A DNA stretch of 42,345 nt from NCBI RefSeq assembly GCF_006345805.1, contig NW_021835027.1:1-42345 (forward strand), given 5' to 3'. Origin of the DNA: Octopus sinensis (lineage: Eukaryota). The stretch's first letter is position 1, and each line of letters begins with the position of its first letter. The position numbers and the translations under genes were made by a program. The notes below the pieces were generated by a model, which saw only the letters and a list, made by a program, of their open reading frames with translations, ran no database searches and was not told where the DNA came from. This document shows positions 22,612-34,612 of this stretch, piece after piece.

Positions 22612-25600
22612 ACGACCAGGTAGTGAAGGATAGGGGAGTAAAGGGAGCAGAAACTGGAAGCCCCCTGTACCAGTGGTCCTACAAAGAAATGAGAAATTAG
22701 AAAAGCAGAAGAAAATAGGAAGGACCGAAACAAAAATAAGGAGGGAAAGGGAGGAAAAGGCAAAACAACCAAAGCTGAAACCCCAACCCACCACACAAAC
22801 AGCAGAGAACCCCATGGAGGATCCAATGCCACCCAGTTCACTTCAGGAAAGAAGAAATCTGGAAGGCACCGAAGAACCTGTAAATTCTACCTGCGGGCAA
22901 ATGTTGGCATGGGGAGGACGGCAAAAACTGCCGGTTCGCCCACCCGACACCCCGCCAGAACTTCAGGGGACTCAAAGAGAAGAGCTTTCCTGAGGGAAGA
23001 CAAGAAATGTCTCCCAGGAAAGCAATCAGAAAAGAAGTGTGCTCCTCAGATGTTCTGCGCAACTCAGCAACTGAGCAAGAGTCTTTTTTGTGCATGGCGC
23101 AAAGGATTGTCCAGCAGCTAACCTGGATACACCAAGCACAGAGAAGGAACCCTGCCCACCACTATGCAAGACCACCACAGTCAACAGACACGTGATGGCC
23201 TCCCCTAACGCCTGCACAGCCGTCACCCCAATACTTTTGCTAAATATTTGGGGCCTATTGCATCAAAATAGAAACAAAATTTCTTTCCTGAGAGATCTTA
23301 CTGCATGCAATCAAGCCCTATGCATAGCACTCGTGGAAACTCACCTCAGCCTTGATATAGAGGACGCAGAAGTACACATACCAAACTATGCCATACTGCG
23401 AACAGACAGATGGGAATGGAGCCATGGTGGAGTTGCTGTATACATCCGAGATGACCTCACACCCCAGGTCTTAATGACATACTCAAATTCGGTATGTGAC
23501 ACTTTAATTGTATACATAAGACAACATAATATTGTCATATGCAATACATATTGCCCACCGGATGCTCCAAATCACATAGGCAAGTTTGAAGATTGCCTCA
23601 CAAGAATTAAAGAAATCCTCATGAATCTGGAACACCACGTGACCATATTTCTTATTGGTGATTTCAACTTCCCCACCGTCAATACTCATACTCTCAGGAA
23701 TGAATCATTGCAAGCAAGTATAGGTGGAGTCCCTGCTCAACCTCACCAACGCCTTATTCATGGAGCAAGTTGTACTTAAACTAACTAGGGCGAATAACAT
23801 TCTGGATCTCTGCTTCACGAACAATATGGACATCATTCATGATGTGAAACTGACACCGACATTAGTTTCGGATCACAACATAATAGAGCTGTCTATGTTT
23901 GGGCCGAAAGTAACCAGAGACATACAGCCTAAAGGAAGCACCCGAAATCTCTCCAATCTGAACTTCCACAAAGCAGATTGGAAATCGATCCAAAAAGAGA
24001 TCCTCAGAGAGGACTGACTGGAATGTCTCTCCACACCAGACATTGACGTGAAACTAAAATGTTTCATGTCTTCTGTGCAAGCCGTATGCCAGAAATATGT
24101 CACAGAGCACAAGGCCAAAACAAATAGGAGCAAGATTCCAAGAGACAGGAAGATCCTCATGAGACGACGGACGAAGGTTGCAAATCGTCTCAACCAGCAT
24201 CCCAAAAGTAGCGAAACGTCCCGCCTAAAAACAACACTGATGGAGATCGAAAAAAGGCTGCAACAATCCTATGTGAAGGAGAAAGCAGACAAAGAAGCCT
24301 GGGTTATAAAAAACATTAAATCAAACCCAAAGCCTTTTTTCATTACGCGAAAGAAACAGTCTCAGTACACTACAAGATAGGACCCCTCCTCCAAAAGGAT
24401 GGCTCCCTCACAGACAGTCCAACTAAGATCAGTGAGATGCTGAATGACCAGTTCAAAAGTGTCTTTACCACCCCGTTGGAACACAGACAAGTGAACGAAC
24501 CAGTGGACTTCTTTGCCGCCTCACCTATAACCAGCGAGGCGGTTACAATAGAATATATTGACATTAGCGAAGGAGATGTCCTACTAGCCATTGATGAAGT
24601 GGACACAAACTCAACTGCTGGTCCAGATGGTTTCCTAGCAATCCTCCTCAAAGCGTGTAAGCATGCCCTGGCAAAACCCCTCAAGATTCTCTTCCAGGGC
24701 TTTCTTACAAATGGCAAACTTCCAAGCAAGCTGAAGGAGGGAATAATATGCCCAATACATAAAGGGGGAAGTAGAGCAGAGGCCCAAAACTATAGGCCTA
24801 TCTCTCTGGCTTCACACATCAGCAAAGTCATGGAACGGATAGTCAGAAAGAAACTAATCGCATTCTTTGAGGAAAATAACTTGCTAGGTGATACCCAGCA
24901 TGGTTTTCGACCAAGTAGGAGCTGCCTGACCCAGCTCTTACAACATTATGACTGGGTGTTGTGGCAGTTACAAATCAAATGTGGACGTAATCCACCTTGA
25001 TTTTGCAAAAACTTTTGACAAGGTTGATCATGGTATGATATGCCACAAACTGCGTGACCTCGGCATAGCTGGAAAACTTGGAGTGTGGTTACATGACTTC
25101 CTGAAAGATAGGAATCAGGCAGTAGTGGTTAATGGAGCCACCTCTATGAACACACAAATAGTGAGCAGTGTTCCACGGGGCACTGTCTTGGGACCACTGC
25201 TTTTTATAGTGGCCCTCTCAGATTTGCCCTCAAATGCCCGGATAGCCACTCTGGCAAGCTATGCAGACGATACGGAAGTCTCGCAGAAAATACAGAACCC
25301 CAGCGATGTTGCACACCTGCAGCAGGAGTTGGACTCAATCTACAGATGGGCTGAGGATAATAATATGCAGTTTAATGCTGAAAAATTCCAGGCCCTGCGC
25401 TACTAGCATCCAAAACTGAATATTAAACTTACAGGGTACACCGGTTCACAGGGAATTTCAATCCCAGAGCCTAAGACTGTGAGGGATCTGGGTATCGACA
25501 TGAGTGATGATACCTCTTTCCAAGTGCACATTACCAGGATGGCGACAAAGTGCAGACGACTGGCTGGATGGATCCTAAGAACATTCAGAACCAGAGATAA

Positions 25601-26233
25601 GGTAACCATGATGGTCCTCTGGCGGACATTCGTCCTCAGCCGCCTGTATTACTGCTCACAGCTATGGTCACCCACCAGTGTGAAATTAACAGCGGACCTT
25701 GAAGCAATCCAGAGAAGATTCACAAAGAAGATCGTCTCTTTGCAACAGCTCAGCTACTGGGAAAGGTTGAAACAGCTAAGAATCTACTCCCTGGAGAGAA
25801 GACGGGAGAGGTATGCAGTAATATATGTATGGAAGATCCTGAAAGGAATTGTGCCAAATTTTGGCATTGTAAGCTACACCAATGCTAGAACGGGACGACA
25901 CTGCATAGTGCCAAAGATCCCAGCAATGCCATCACGCTTCAGGACCAGCTACTGCAACAGCCTGGGTTTCAAGGGCCCACAGCTTTTTAATATTCTCCCA
26001 AAGAGTTTGAGGAACTTGCACAAAATAGATGTAGCGGTTTTTAAATCAAAGATGGACATCTTCCTATTGAGAGTCCCAGATAAACCTACCTCACGGCAAG
26101 AGGTGCAAATGAGAGTAGCTATATCAAACTCCATTCTTCACCAAGTGCCACATATTAGAGGAGGCTCTTCGTAATAACAGTGTAGCACAAAACGGCGGTG
26201 CATCAGCATGGCCGCAGCTTTGAGCTGAAACAA

Positions 26234-26236
<3 letters not shown>
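22612..26236 (+). mobile_element. CR1/L2-group LINE (ORF1 remnant, APE endonuclease, RT), several frameshifts
   Basis: LLLNIWGL, LVETHL, HGGVAVYI, IGDFNFP, NILDLCFTN, SDHNIIE; NYRPISLAS, QHGFRPSRSC, LDFAKTFDKVDH, VPRGTVLGPLLF, YADD. Confidence 0.92.
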
Positions 26237-26267
<31 letters not shown>

Positions 26268-26433
26268 TAGAAACTTTAACAGAATGAGAGAATTCTAGTT
26301 CGAATCACACGTGTCTCGAGATGTGCCGAAGATTTTCTATTTTGGATATATTTGGGGTACTTAGGTCTGCTCGGGACTTTGTGCTTGCTTTTTCCATGGG
26401 TATGAGTAAGTATTTCACTTATATCTCGCGTAT

Positions 26434-26493
26434 TTGCCGCTGAAGAGGAGAACATTCTTATGAATTAACTCCGAAATTGGACCAATACGGTAA
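26434..26493 (+). ncRNA. Type I hammerhead ribozyme, intact core, in a probable PLE pLTR fragment
   Basis: uugccg-CUGAAGA-ggag..cucc-GAAA-uuggacca-AUA-cgguaa; 6-bp stem I, 4-bp stem II, near-palindromic stem III. Confidence 0.7.
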
Positions 26494-26819
26494 TAACGAA
26501 TTTTTTAGAAATTTCTATCGGTTTGTTTCGAGACACATAAATTATAATGGTTATTGACACTTTTTGTTTCGGCATATTTGGCATTAGAATTTTTCTTTTG
26601 CCCTTATCTTGTATATATATTATTATTATATTATTTATATCTTAAAAATATTGTTTAAATATTTCTGATTATTTTTAAATTATTAATTGAATTTAAATTA
26701 TTGTTATTCGAATTGGTACAGCCATGAAACGATCGTAGTGTTTTACTCTTTATATTTTATTAAACTTTTAATACTTTTTATATATAAAAAAAATTAATTA
26801 ATTAATTAATTAATTAATT

Positions 26820-27052
26820 AGGCGGCGAGCTGGCAGAACCGTTAGCACGCCGGGTGAAATGCGTAGCCGTATTTCGTCTGCCGTTACGTTCTGAGTTCAA
26901 ATTCCGCCGAGGTCGACTTTGCCTTTCATCCTTTCGGGGTCGATAAATTAAGTACCAGTTACGCACTGGGGTCGATGTAATCGACTTAATTCCTTTGTCT
27001 GTCCTTGTTTGTCCCCTCTATGTTTAGCCCCTTGTGGGTAATAAAGAAATAG
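26820..27052 (+). mobile_element. SINE (aggcggcgagctggcag family)
   Basis: Full copy with B-box-like gagttcaaattcc and central cctttcggggtcgataaattaagtaccag block. Confidence 0.88.
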
Positions 27053-27239
27053 GTATTGCCATTGAAAATTCTGAAAATATTATTCATAATATTTTGTAAC
27101 ACATCCGATCTGGAACATGAAGCTTCATCAGAGTGAAGAAGAAGAAGAAGAAGAAGAAAGGGTTAATATATTTAAATTATACCATTTTGCATACGTGACG
27201 CTTCAGGACGTTGAGTGTATGACTAAACTTTAAATATTA

Positions 27240-27580
27240 ATTGATTCCGAGTTCAGTCTCACTGCGTAGTACCCTCAGCAAGTGTGTTCTACATAGCCCC
27301 GGACCAACCAAAGCCTTGTGAGTGGATTTAGTAGACGGAAACTGAAAGAAGCCCGTCGTATATGTGTGTGTGTATTTGTGCGTCTGTGTTTGTCCTCCCT
27401 ATCATCGCTTGACACCGACGTTGGTGTGTTTACGCCCCTGTAACATTAGCGGTTCGGCAAAACGGCAAAACAGACCGATAGATTAAGCACTAGGCTTACA
27501 AAGAATGAGTCCTGGGGTCGATTTGTTCTACTAAAGGCGGTGCTCCAGCATGGCCGCTGTCAATTGACTGAAACAAGAAA
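27240..27580 (+). mobile_element. Composite SINE with CR1-like tail
   Basis: 5' part matches the 728-892 family, 3' part matches 4046-4300. Confidence 0.82.
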
Positions 27581-27603
27581 ATGAACAAACGAAAAATAAA
27601 GGA

Positions 27604-27645
<42 letters not shown>

Positions 27646-28023
27646 CAACGTGTCGTTATTATCAATTTTTCAAGATTTTTCGGGTAAGTTATTCTTAGTA
27701 TATTATAATATTATCAGTCTGAAATTGAATTTATTCATTTTTATTGAGGATGCTACTAGAAGTTTGCATACAGAAATATTTTTATGCTACAAAGTAATTA
27801 TTTATATAATATTTGTGTGTACGTGTTAGTGTGTGTTTATGTGTGTTTACGTATAATATAAATTTAAGACTGTGTTTACATATTAAAAGCTATCTCATGT
27901 ACCTCTATATAGTGCTTAGGATAAGAAATTCCTCAGCCAAAATCTGACAAATCAGTCTTGTGTTTACTTGCAAATCATCTATTTTCGTCGTCTTTTATCT
28001 CTTTTTGTACATACATGCACCAG

Positions 28024-28061
<38 letters not shown>

Positions 28062-28150
28062 CATATACCCAGACATACATATATGCATGTACGAATATAT
28101 ATATACATATATACAAATATATATATACATACATATATACGAATATATAG

Positions 28151-28183
<33 letters not shown>

Positions 28184-28367
28184 ATATAAATAACACTTCA
28201 TATAATATGTATGAATATGTATATATGCATACACACACACATATGTACATATATATTACATATATATATATATACTTTATTTTAATAAAGCATATTACTC
28301 TATTCCTGGTATTTGAGTACTCTTTTTTCTCCACCTTGTTTCACATTTATGTGTTTACTCCGGTATG

Positions 28368-28399
<32 letters not shown>

Positions 28400-28401
28400 A
28401 A

Positions 28402-28443
<42 letters not shown>

Positions 28444-28557
28444 CATGCATATGTATATGTATAAATAAATGTATGTGTATATGTCTAGGAATGCACACAA
28501 ACGTACGTACACACTCACACGCGCATATATACATACATATATATATATGTATGTATG

Positions 28558-28596
<39 letters not shown>

Positions 28597-29019
28597 GTAC
28601 ATATATTTATGTGTATATATACATGATCATACGCCTCGATGAGCACCGTCAAGTGGTCTGCTTGATTGTTTTTTGTTTCTTTCATATTCTTTTTTTTCTT
28701 TCTTTGAGCCTTCATTCTGTCTATGGAGGTGACTAACATGTATTACTATTTCAATTCTCTTCATTCTTTGACTAAAATTAATTAGACATAGCCACATGGT
28801 ATCACTTATTACAGAACGGGAAAATGAGACTAAATAATATTTATGCTTTATTTATATTTTTTTTTCCTCTTTAGAGTGTTTCATACATTAATTAAAGAAC
28901 AATCGTTTCAGTCAGTATTTGAAACCGGATCTCAGACTTAGTTCCCCTCGACACCTTAAGAGGGAACCAAAGAGCGAAACAGACAAAGACATATACACAT
29001 ACACACACATACATAATAC

Positions 29020-29077
<58 letters not shown>

Positions 29078-29204
29078 ATATAGGGAGAATTCACGAAAAA
29101 AACAAAAGACGACGACAGGTGGTGTAGACAATAGATGTATTAGTATAACGCTCGGAATTGAAAAAGTCTTTAAGGTTTCGAGCTTACGCTCTTCCATAGA
29201 AAGG

Positions 29205-29296
<92 letters not shown>

Positions 29297-29382
29297 TCAA
29301 TTTAGGGTAGCAAAAAATTCAGTAAAAATTTATCGCTACCAGCGGCCTAGTGAAAAGAGAAAATAGTCAAAGACTAAATATG

Positions 29383-30015
29383 TATAAATATAACAATTTA
29401 GGAATGGCCTAAACAGGCCATTCGTCCACCAGAAAGAGCAGCCAGAACTCCAACCGCCAAGTAGTGTAATTCGGAAATAAGGTGAAAATTTAAAAACATT
29501 TACCCTAATTCATCTTTTATACGATGCATCGTTTCAGTGTCTTTAATGATAGACCAGCTTAATTAAATTAAATTAAGCTAGTCTACACATAGGTCACACT
29601 TCATCAGTAAAAGAAACTGGGAGAGACGGATATACACGAGGCGACTGTATCAATGCCTCGGGAATATCTGTCTTAAAATTTTCAAGACCAACGCATTCGC
29701 GCCAAACTTATCGGCAGCAAATATAAAACTGCCGATTCCGAGGCATTGATACAGTCGCCTCGTGTATATCCGTCTCTCCCAGGTTTCTTTTATGATGAAG
29801 TGTGACCTATGGTAGACTAGCTTAATTTAATTTAATTAAGCTGGTCTATCATTAAAGACACTGAAACGATGCATCGTATAAAAGATGAATTAGGGTAAAT
29901 GTTTTTAAATTTTCACCTTATTTCCGAATTACACTACTTGGCGGTTGGAGTTCTGGCTGCTCTTTCTGGTGGACGAATGGCCTGTTTAGGCCATTCCTAA
30001 ATTGTTATATTTATA
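29383..30015. repeat. ~630-bp palindrome (arms ~280 bp, spacer ~70 bp)
   Basis: 29383-29665 is the near-perfect reverse complement of 29735-30015. Confidence 0.95.
29514..29613 (-). ncRNA. Type I hammerhead ribozyme, intact core, very long stem II
   Basis: cuuuua-CUGAUGA-agugu..(~55 nt)..acacu-GAAAC-gaugcauc-GUA-uaaaag; palindromic ACGAUGCAUCGU stem III. The mirror copy at 29787-29884 (+) lacks C3. Confidence 0.8.
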
Positions 30016-30208
30016 TATATATATATATATATTATACTAGCATTATGACCCGGTGTTGCCGGGTCATAGTGCTAGTTTGGTATAAATTTGTTAAATTAAA
30101 AATTTGGGGTAATAAAACATACAATGACATATTAAAAAGACGAATTAAAATTCAGGAGAAAAATACATAGAAGATAAATATACAAATTTACAAAAATACA
30201 TAAAAGTT

Positions 30209-30288
30209 CATCTACGAGCCGTTTCGGAGATGCACCAATTAATATGAAACATCATATATTTAAAATTGACGCTCCCCTCGTCAGGATG
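30209..30288 (-). ncRNA. Type I hammerhead ribozyme, intact core
   Basis: cauc-CUGACGA-gggga..ucucc-GAAAC-ggcuc-GUA-gaug; 4-bp stem I, 5-bp stem II base, 3-bp stem III. Confidence 0.72.
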
Positions 30289-30472
30289 TTTTTTTACACA
30301 CAACACATTGTTTCTTTATTACCCATAAAGGGCTACACAGAGGGGACAATACAAACATTAGGGACATAAAACATAACAATTACATAAATATGGAAAATGA
30401 AATATGAAAATGATAAATGAAAAATGGAAGTGATGCTAACGGCCCCATCCGCTAGCATCACTTACCTGGCCT

Positions 30473-31769
30473 TCATACTTTATCCTGAATGTAATACACA
30501 TTGTGCTCTATTTTCATCGCAAATCTCTTTTCCATTTCCGTTATCATCTCGTCATCTATTTCAAATCTAAACACTTTATAGTTTTTCCTATTATATTTTT
30601 CTACGAATTCTTCTATACGTTCTTCCGAGATTACAGCGTACCTATCACTGTCCTTGTCACACCAGTGGTAGTCTTTCAATATTTCTTTTACGTCTTTTTT
30701 CGTCGAAATACCTAGAAAATTGGGCCTAGGTTTTTTTGCGGTATCTTGTCTGTTTGCTTCTTCTTTTTTTTTTTTGTTTTATTGTTGGTGGGGAAAGGTG
30801 GGTCTCAGAGGGTGCGGGTGGTGTTGGGGTGGATTGGGGTTCAGCACTATTTTTTTTCCTTCTTCTCTTCCTCCTTCTTCTGCCTTCTTCCCACTCCTTT
30901 TGTACCTCCTCCTCTTCCGTTGTGTCTTCCTCCGTTGATTTCTGCTCTTCCTCGTTGGCCACTACCTCTCTTTGAGGTTCCGCACCAATTTCCTTTGATT
31001 GGGGAGGGAAGTTAGCTCTTATGTGACCTTTCAGGCCACACTCGTAGCAACGTGGAGCTCTGCCCTCCACCCACACTCTCATGATAACACTTCCCATTCT
31101 GATATTCTCAGTCAATTGTTCCAATATTTCAGCCTCTGCTTGCACGTTTATTTCCAAAACTGCACCCTTCCAGCCTTCATCTTTCACTGTAGCATGGAGG
31201 ATGTCAACTTCTTCCTCACATCCACTGATTACGGCTGCCACTATCCACTCTCCGTCAACATTAGGAGGTATCCCCTCCACCCTGATCCGAGTAGTTTTTC
31301 TACCCAGTTATGAGGGCAGAAGGAACACCTTTTCTGTCTTCACCGTTCTCGTTGCCATTTTCCTCGCCACACTTTCATTCTTGAATTGTACCACCACGGT
31401 ACCGAAATGTATACCTCTTGCCAAGAATATTATGTCTTCTTCCGTTCTTTTTAATACTTCTTCTATTGTTTCCATACCGACGACTTCTATTTTCTTTTTT
31501 CCATTTGCATAAACCCGGTACGTGATGGTCCTTCGTTCATGCCACTCTCTTCGTTTTGGTGGCGGTGACAACTCTACTTCACCGCCGACCTTTTTAATAA
31601 ATGCCTGGTAGCTTGGCCACTTGGCCAAGTCTATTTTTCTTTCCTCCGTTCTTGTCGCTCCTGCGTATGCGTTGCCTAATTGCTTGTCCATTTTCTTTAT
31701 CGCCTTTTCAAATTCTTCTTCAGAAGCCGATAAATCTGACACACTTTCGAACATACTTCGTCTGGCCAT
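30473..31769 (-). pseudogene. gag/ORF1-like protein with CCHC-type zinc knuckle; one premature stop and one frameshift; no ORF2
   Basis: 31308-31769 and 30726-31280 are in one frame, separated by TAA in FLLPS*LGRKTTRIRVEGIPP. Knuckle RCYECGLKGHIRANF (last Cys replaced), Glu/Lys-rich tail, frameshift into 30473-30679. Confidence 0.75.
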
Positions 31770-33420
31770 CTCTCCCTTAGGGAGGGGCAGTCCACTTCTT
31801 CCTTGTCTGTCTCAACACAGAGAGACAAAAAAAAACCGTGTAACAATAACGTTTAACGATAAAAATTAACAATCAACAATTAAACAGCAACTCACAGGTT
31901 CAAATAAGAAGCACAATAACACAACACATAGTACACGAAAACAAATGCACAATTACATACCTGCTACATGCGAAAGACCAGACATTACGTACTCCCAAAA
32001 ATTCTCATAGATACTGAATGCTACTTTATAAGCATATAATTCAATCTAGCAGCTATAGTAAATGGTATGCGCACAGCTTCAACTGGACTAATTCACTTCT
32101 GCACTCAATTAAATTTTTCCTCTTTTAATTTCTCCCATTCATGCAAAGCCACATATTCGAGTTCAAGTCCTTGATACATTTTATACTAATTGCTATTTTT
32201 CTTTTAATTGTTATATTACGATTTAATTACTATTTTAATAAAATAAAATATATTTAATTACTACTTAATATATTTACTATATTTAATTCAATTGTTATTA
32301 TTACCTCTAACTTTTATTGCAATTTTTATTTCTAAATTTCTTATGGAACGTCGAGTGGATTTTATGCGTACAATATATTTTTATATGATGTTTATATATT
32401 TACTAGCATTAAAGACCCGTTGTTGCCGGGTCATAGTGCTAGTGCATGTATATATGTGTATATATGTGTGTACATATTACATGTACATCTATATATATAT
32501 ACATCTACACATAAAATGCAAAATACAAAGTTATATCTTGATATCGCTAGTGATAACAATACTCAAAATATATAACAGACTGGAATTGTTAGCTCTTCTT
32601 TTTTCTACATTGTATACTTTATAGACAATAGTCTTTTCTTTATTGATTTTTTATTTGCATCTGGACATTCCATTTCTGCACGCTAATTTTATTTTTAATT
32701 TATTCCCATTCATGTAAAACCACTTATTCAAGTTCAAATCATTGATGCAATTTTATACCAATTGCTATTTTTATTTTTGTATGTTACGATTATATTATAC
32801 TTTAGTTTGATTTTAATTATTACTTACTACATATAATTCAATTGTTATTATTATTTTTATTGTTAAAGTGAAAGCATCTGACATAAAATAGAGAAATGTT
32901 TTTGTTTCACTTTTAACAAGTAATACTGAAATAGTGGAGAAGATGTGATATTGCTATGGGCTCGCTCTAGGCAAGAAGTTGAACATTTTTTTTGCCCATG
33001 AAACTACATGGACCCTAAGTAAGGCATATGTAAAATTTGAATGAAATTGGTTGTGTAGTTCTCAAGTTTTAGGGAATCGTAGTGGAGAAGATATGATATT
33101 GCTGTGGGCTCGCCCTAGGCAAAAAGTTAAAATTCTTTTTGCCGATGACACTCCCCGGACCTTAAGTAAGGCATGTGTAAAATTTGAATGAAATATGATA
33201 TTGCTGTGGGCTCGCACTAGGATATGATATTGCTGTGGGCTCGCACTAGGCAAGAAGTTAAACATTTTTTTGCCCATGATACTACATGTGTATATATATA
33301 TGTGTACATATTACATGTACATCTATATATATACATCTACACATAAAATACAAAATACAAAGTTATATTTTGATATCGCTAGTGATAACAATACTCAAAA
33401 TATATAACAGACTGGAATTG

Positions 33421-33960
33421 TAGGCTCGTGTCTTGCAATTTCGATCAATTGTATCTTGTCCTCCCTCTTGTTTAGAAGTGTGGCTACAATCCAGCCTACC
33501 TCTACTTCTGGGGGGAGATTTAATTTTTATCTGGGACGTCCTATGTCCCAGATATAAAGGTAAAAATAAAATTTTCCACTTTGCAAGGTTCGAGTCGAGT
33601 ACTCCCTTGCACTCTCCGTTGACTCGAACCTTGCTTCTATTGTGGCGAATTTACCGCCTCTGGTTAGATATCTTTCATAGTCGCACCAAGACCCTTTTCG
33701 ATGGTGCTTTCCTCCTGGTGTTCAAATTGTTTTTTTCTCTACATTATATACTTTATAGACAATAGTATTTTCTTTAATTTAATTTTTTATTTCGTTTGGT
33801 GGTGTTATCCTAGATTCGCTGTCTTTGTCGGTGATCAGTCCGAAATAGGTTTGTATTTCTTCCATTTTAATTTTAATGAGTTCGCACCCGCCGACGGCAA
33901 CAGGTAAAATTTTTTGACTTTCTTCTATCGAAGGCATTCTAACAAAAATGCTTCCGTGTA
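33421..33960 (-). pseudogene. Fragments of a second, diverged gag/ORF1-like paralog
   Basis: LFLPLYLGHRTSQIKIKSPPEVEVGWIVATLL (~33470-33570) aligns to FLLPS*LGRKTTRIRVEGIPPNVDGEWIVAAVI; TIVYKVYNVEKK (~33730-33765) aligns to TITYRVYANGKK. Confidence 0.75.
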
Positions 33961-34612
33961 AACGGTGAAAATATTGTCAATTTCCCCAAACAGGGACAGA
34001 ATTCAACTTTTAAACAATAACCAAAGCCCCTTCTCCCAAAGGGGGAGGATTACAGTTTACAATTATTTAACAAATGCAACACAACAACGTTTCCCTTACG
34101 AGGAACCAACAAACGTGATAACAATAGTTAAACAGTAATAATAATAACAGTACTCAATAGAAGCGCTGTTCGAGAAAACAGACATTACATACAGCCAAAC
34201 TTCATATAGATACTTAATGCTAGCTAATTACAGATAATCTAATGTAAAAGCCGTGGTAAAGGGTATTGCACACCTCCAGCTGGACTATTCCATTTCTGCA
34301 CGCTAATTTTATTTTTAATTTATTCCCATTCATGTGAAACCACTTATTCAAGTTCAAATCATTGATGCAATTTTATACCAATTGCTATTTTTACTTTTGT
34401 AAAAATAGTAAGGCATGTGTAAAATTTGAATGAGATTGGTTGTGTAGTTCTCAAGTTTTAGGGAAACACACAGACAGACAGACACACACACATTCTCAGT
34501 TTTATATATAGATATATATATATCCTTCTGGTCATTCAATATGTGACCGCGTGTGTATCGTCGGCGATTTTCTTTCTCCGTCTTCCCTTCCTTGGACCTT
34601 TCATTTTTCTAT

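Larger units (their letters stand above)
30037..34512 (-). mobile_element. Composite non-autonomous Helitron-like element with two 3' termini and captured cargo
   Basis: 5' A|TCTATATATAAAACTGAG at 34512; hairpin plus CTAG|T termini at 32403 (gacccg/cgggtc) and 30037 (gacccgg/ccgggtc); internal tandem gatatgatattgctgtgggctcgc..aaaatttgaatgaaat repeats at 32940-33285. Confidence 0.7.

Noticed and set aside
27114-27122. Isolated CUGAUGA on the minus strand
   Set aside because: No GAAA or stems nearby.
27159-27168. piggyBac-like terminus aaagggttaa
   Set aside because: No matching opposite end or transposase remnant found.
28515-28739. Possible host exon (Lys-rich stretch)
   Set aside because: No recognisable domain or supported splice pair; it runs into microsatellite.
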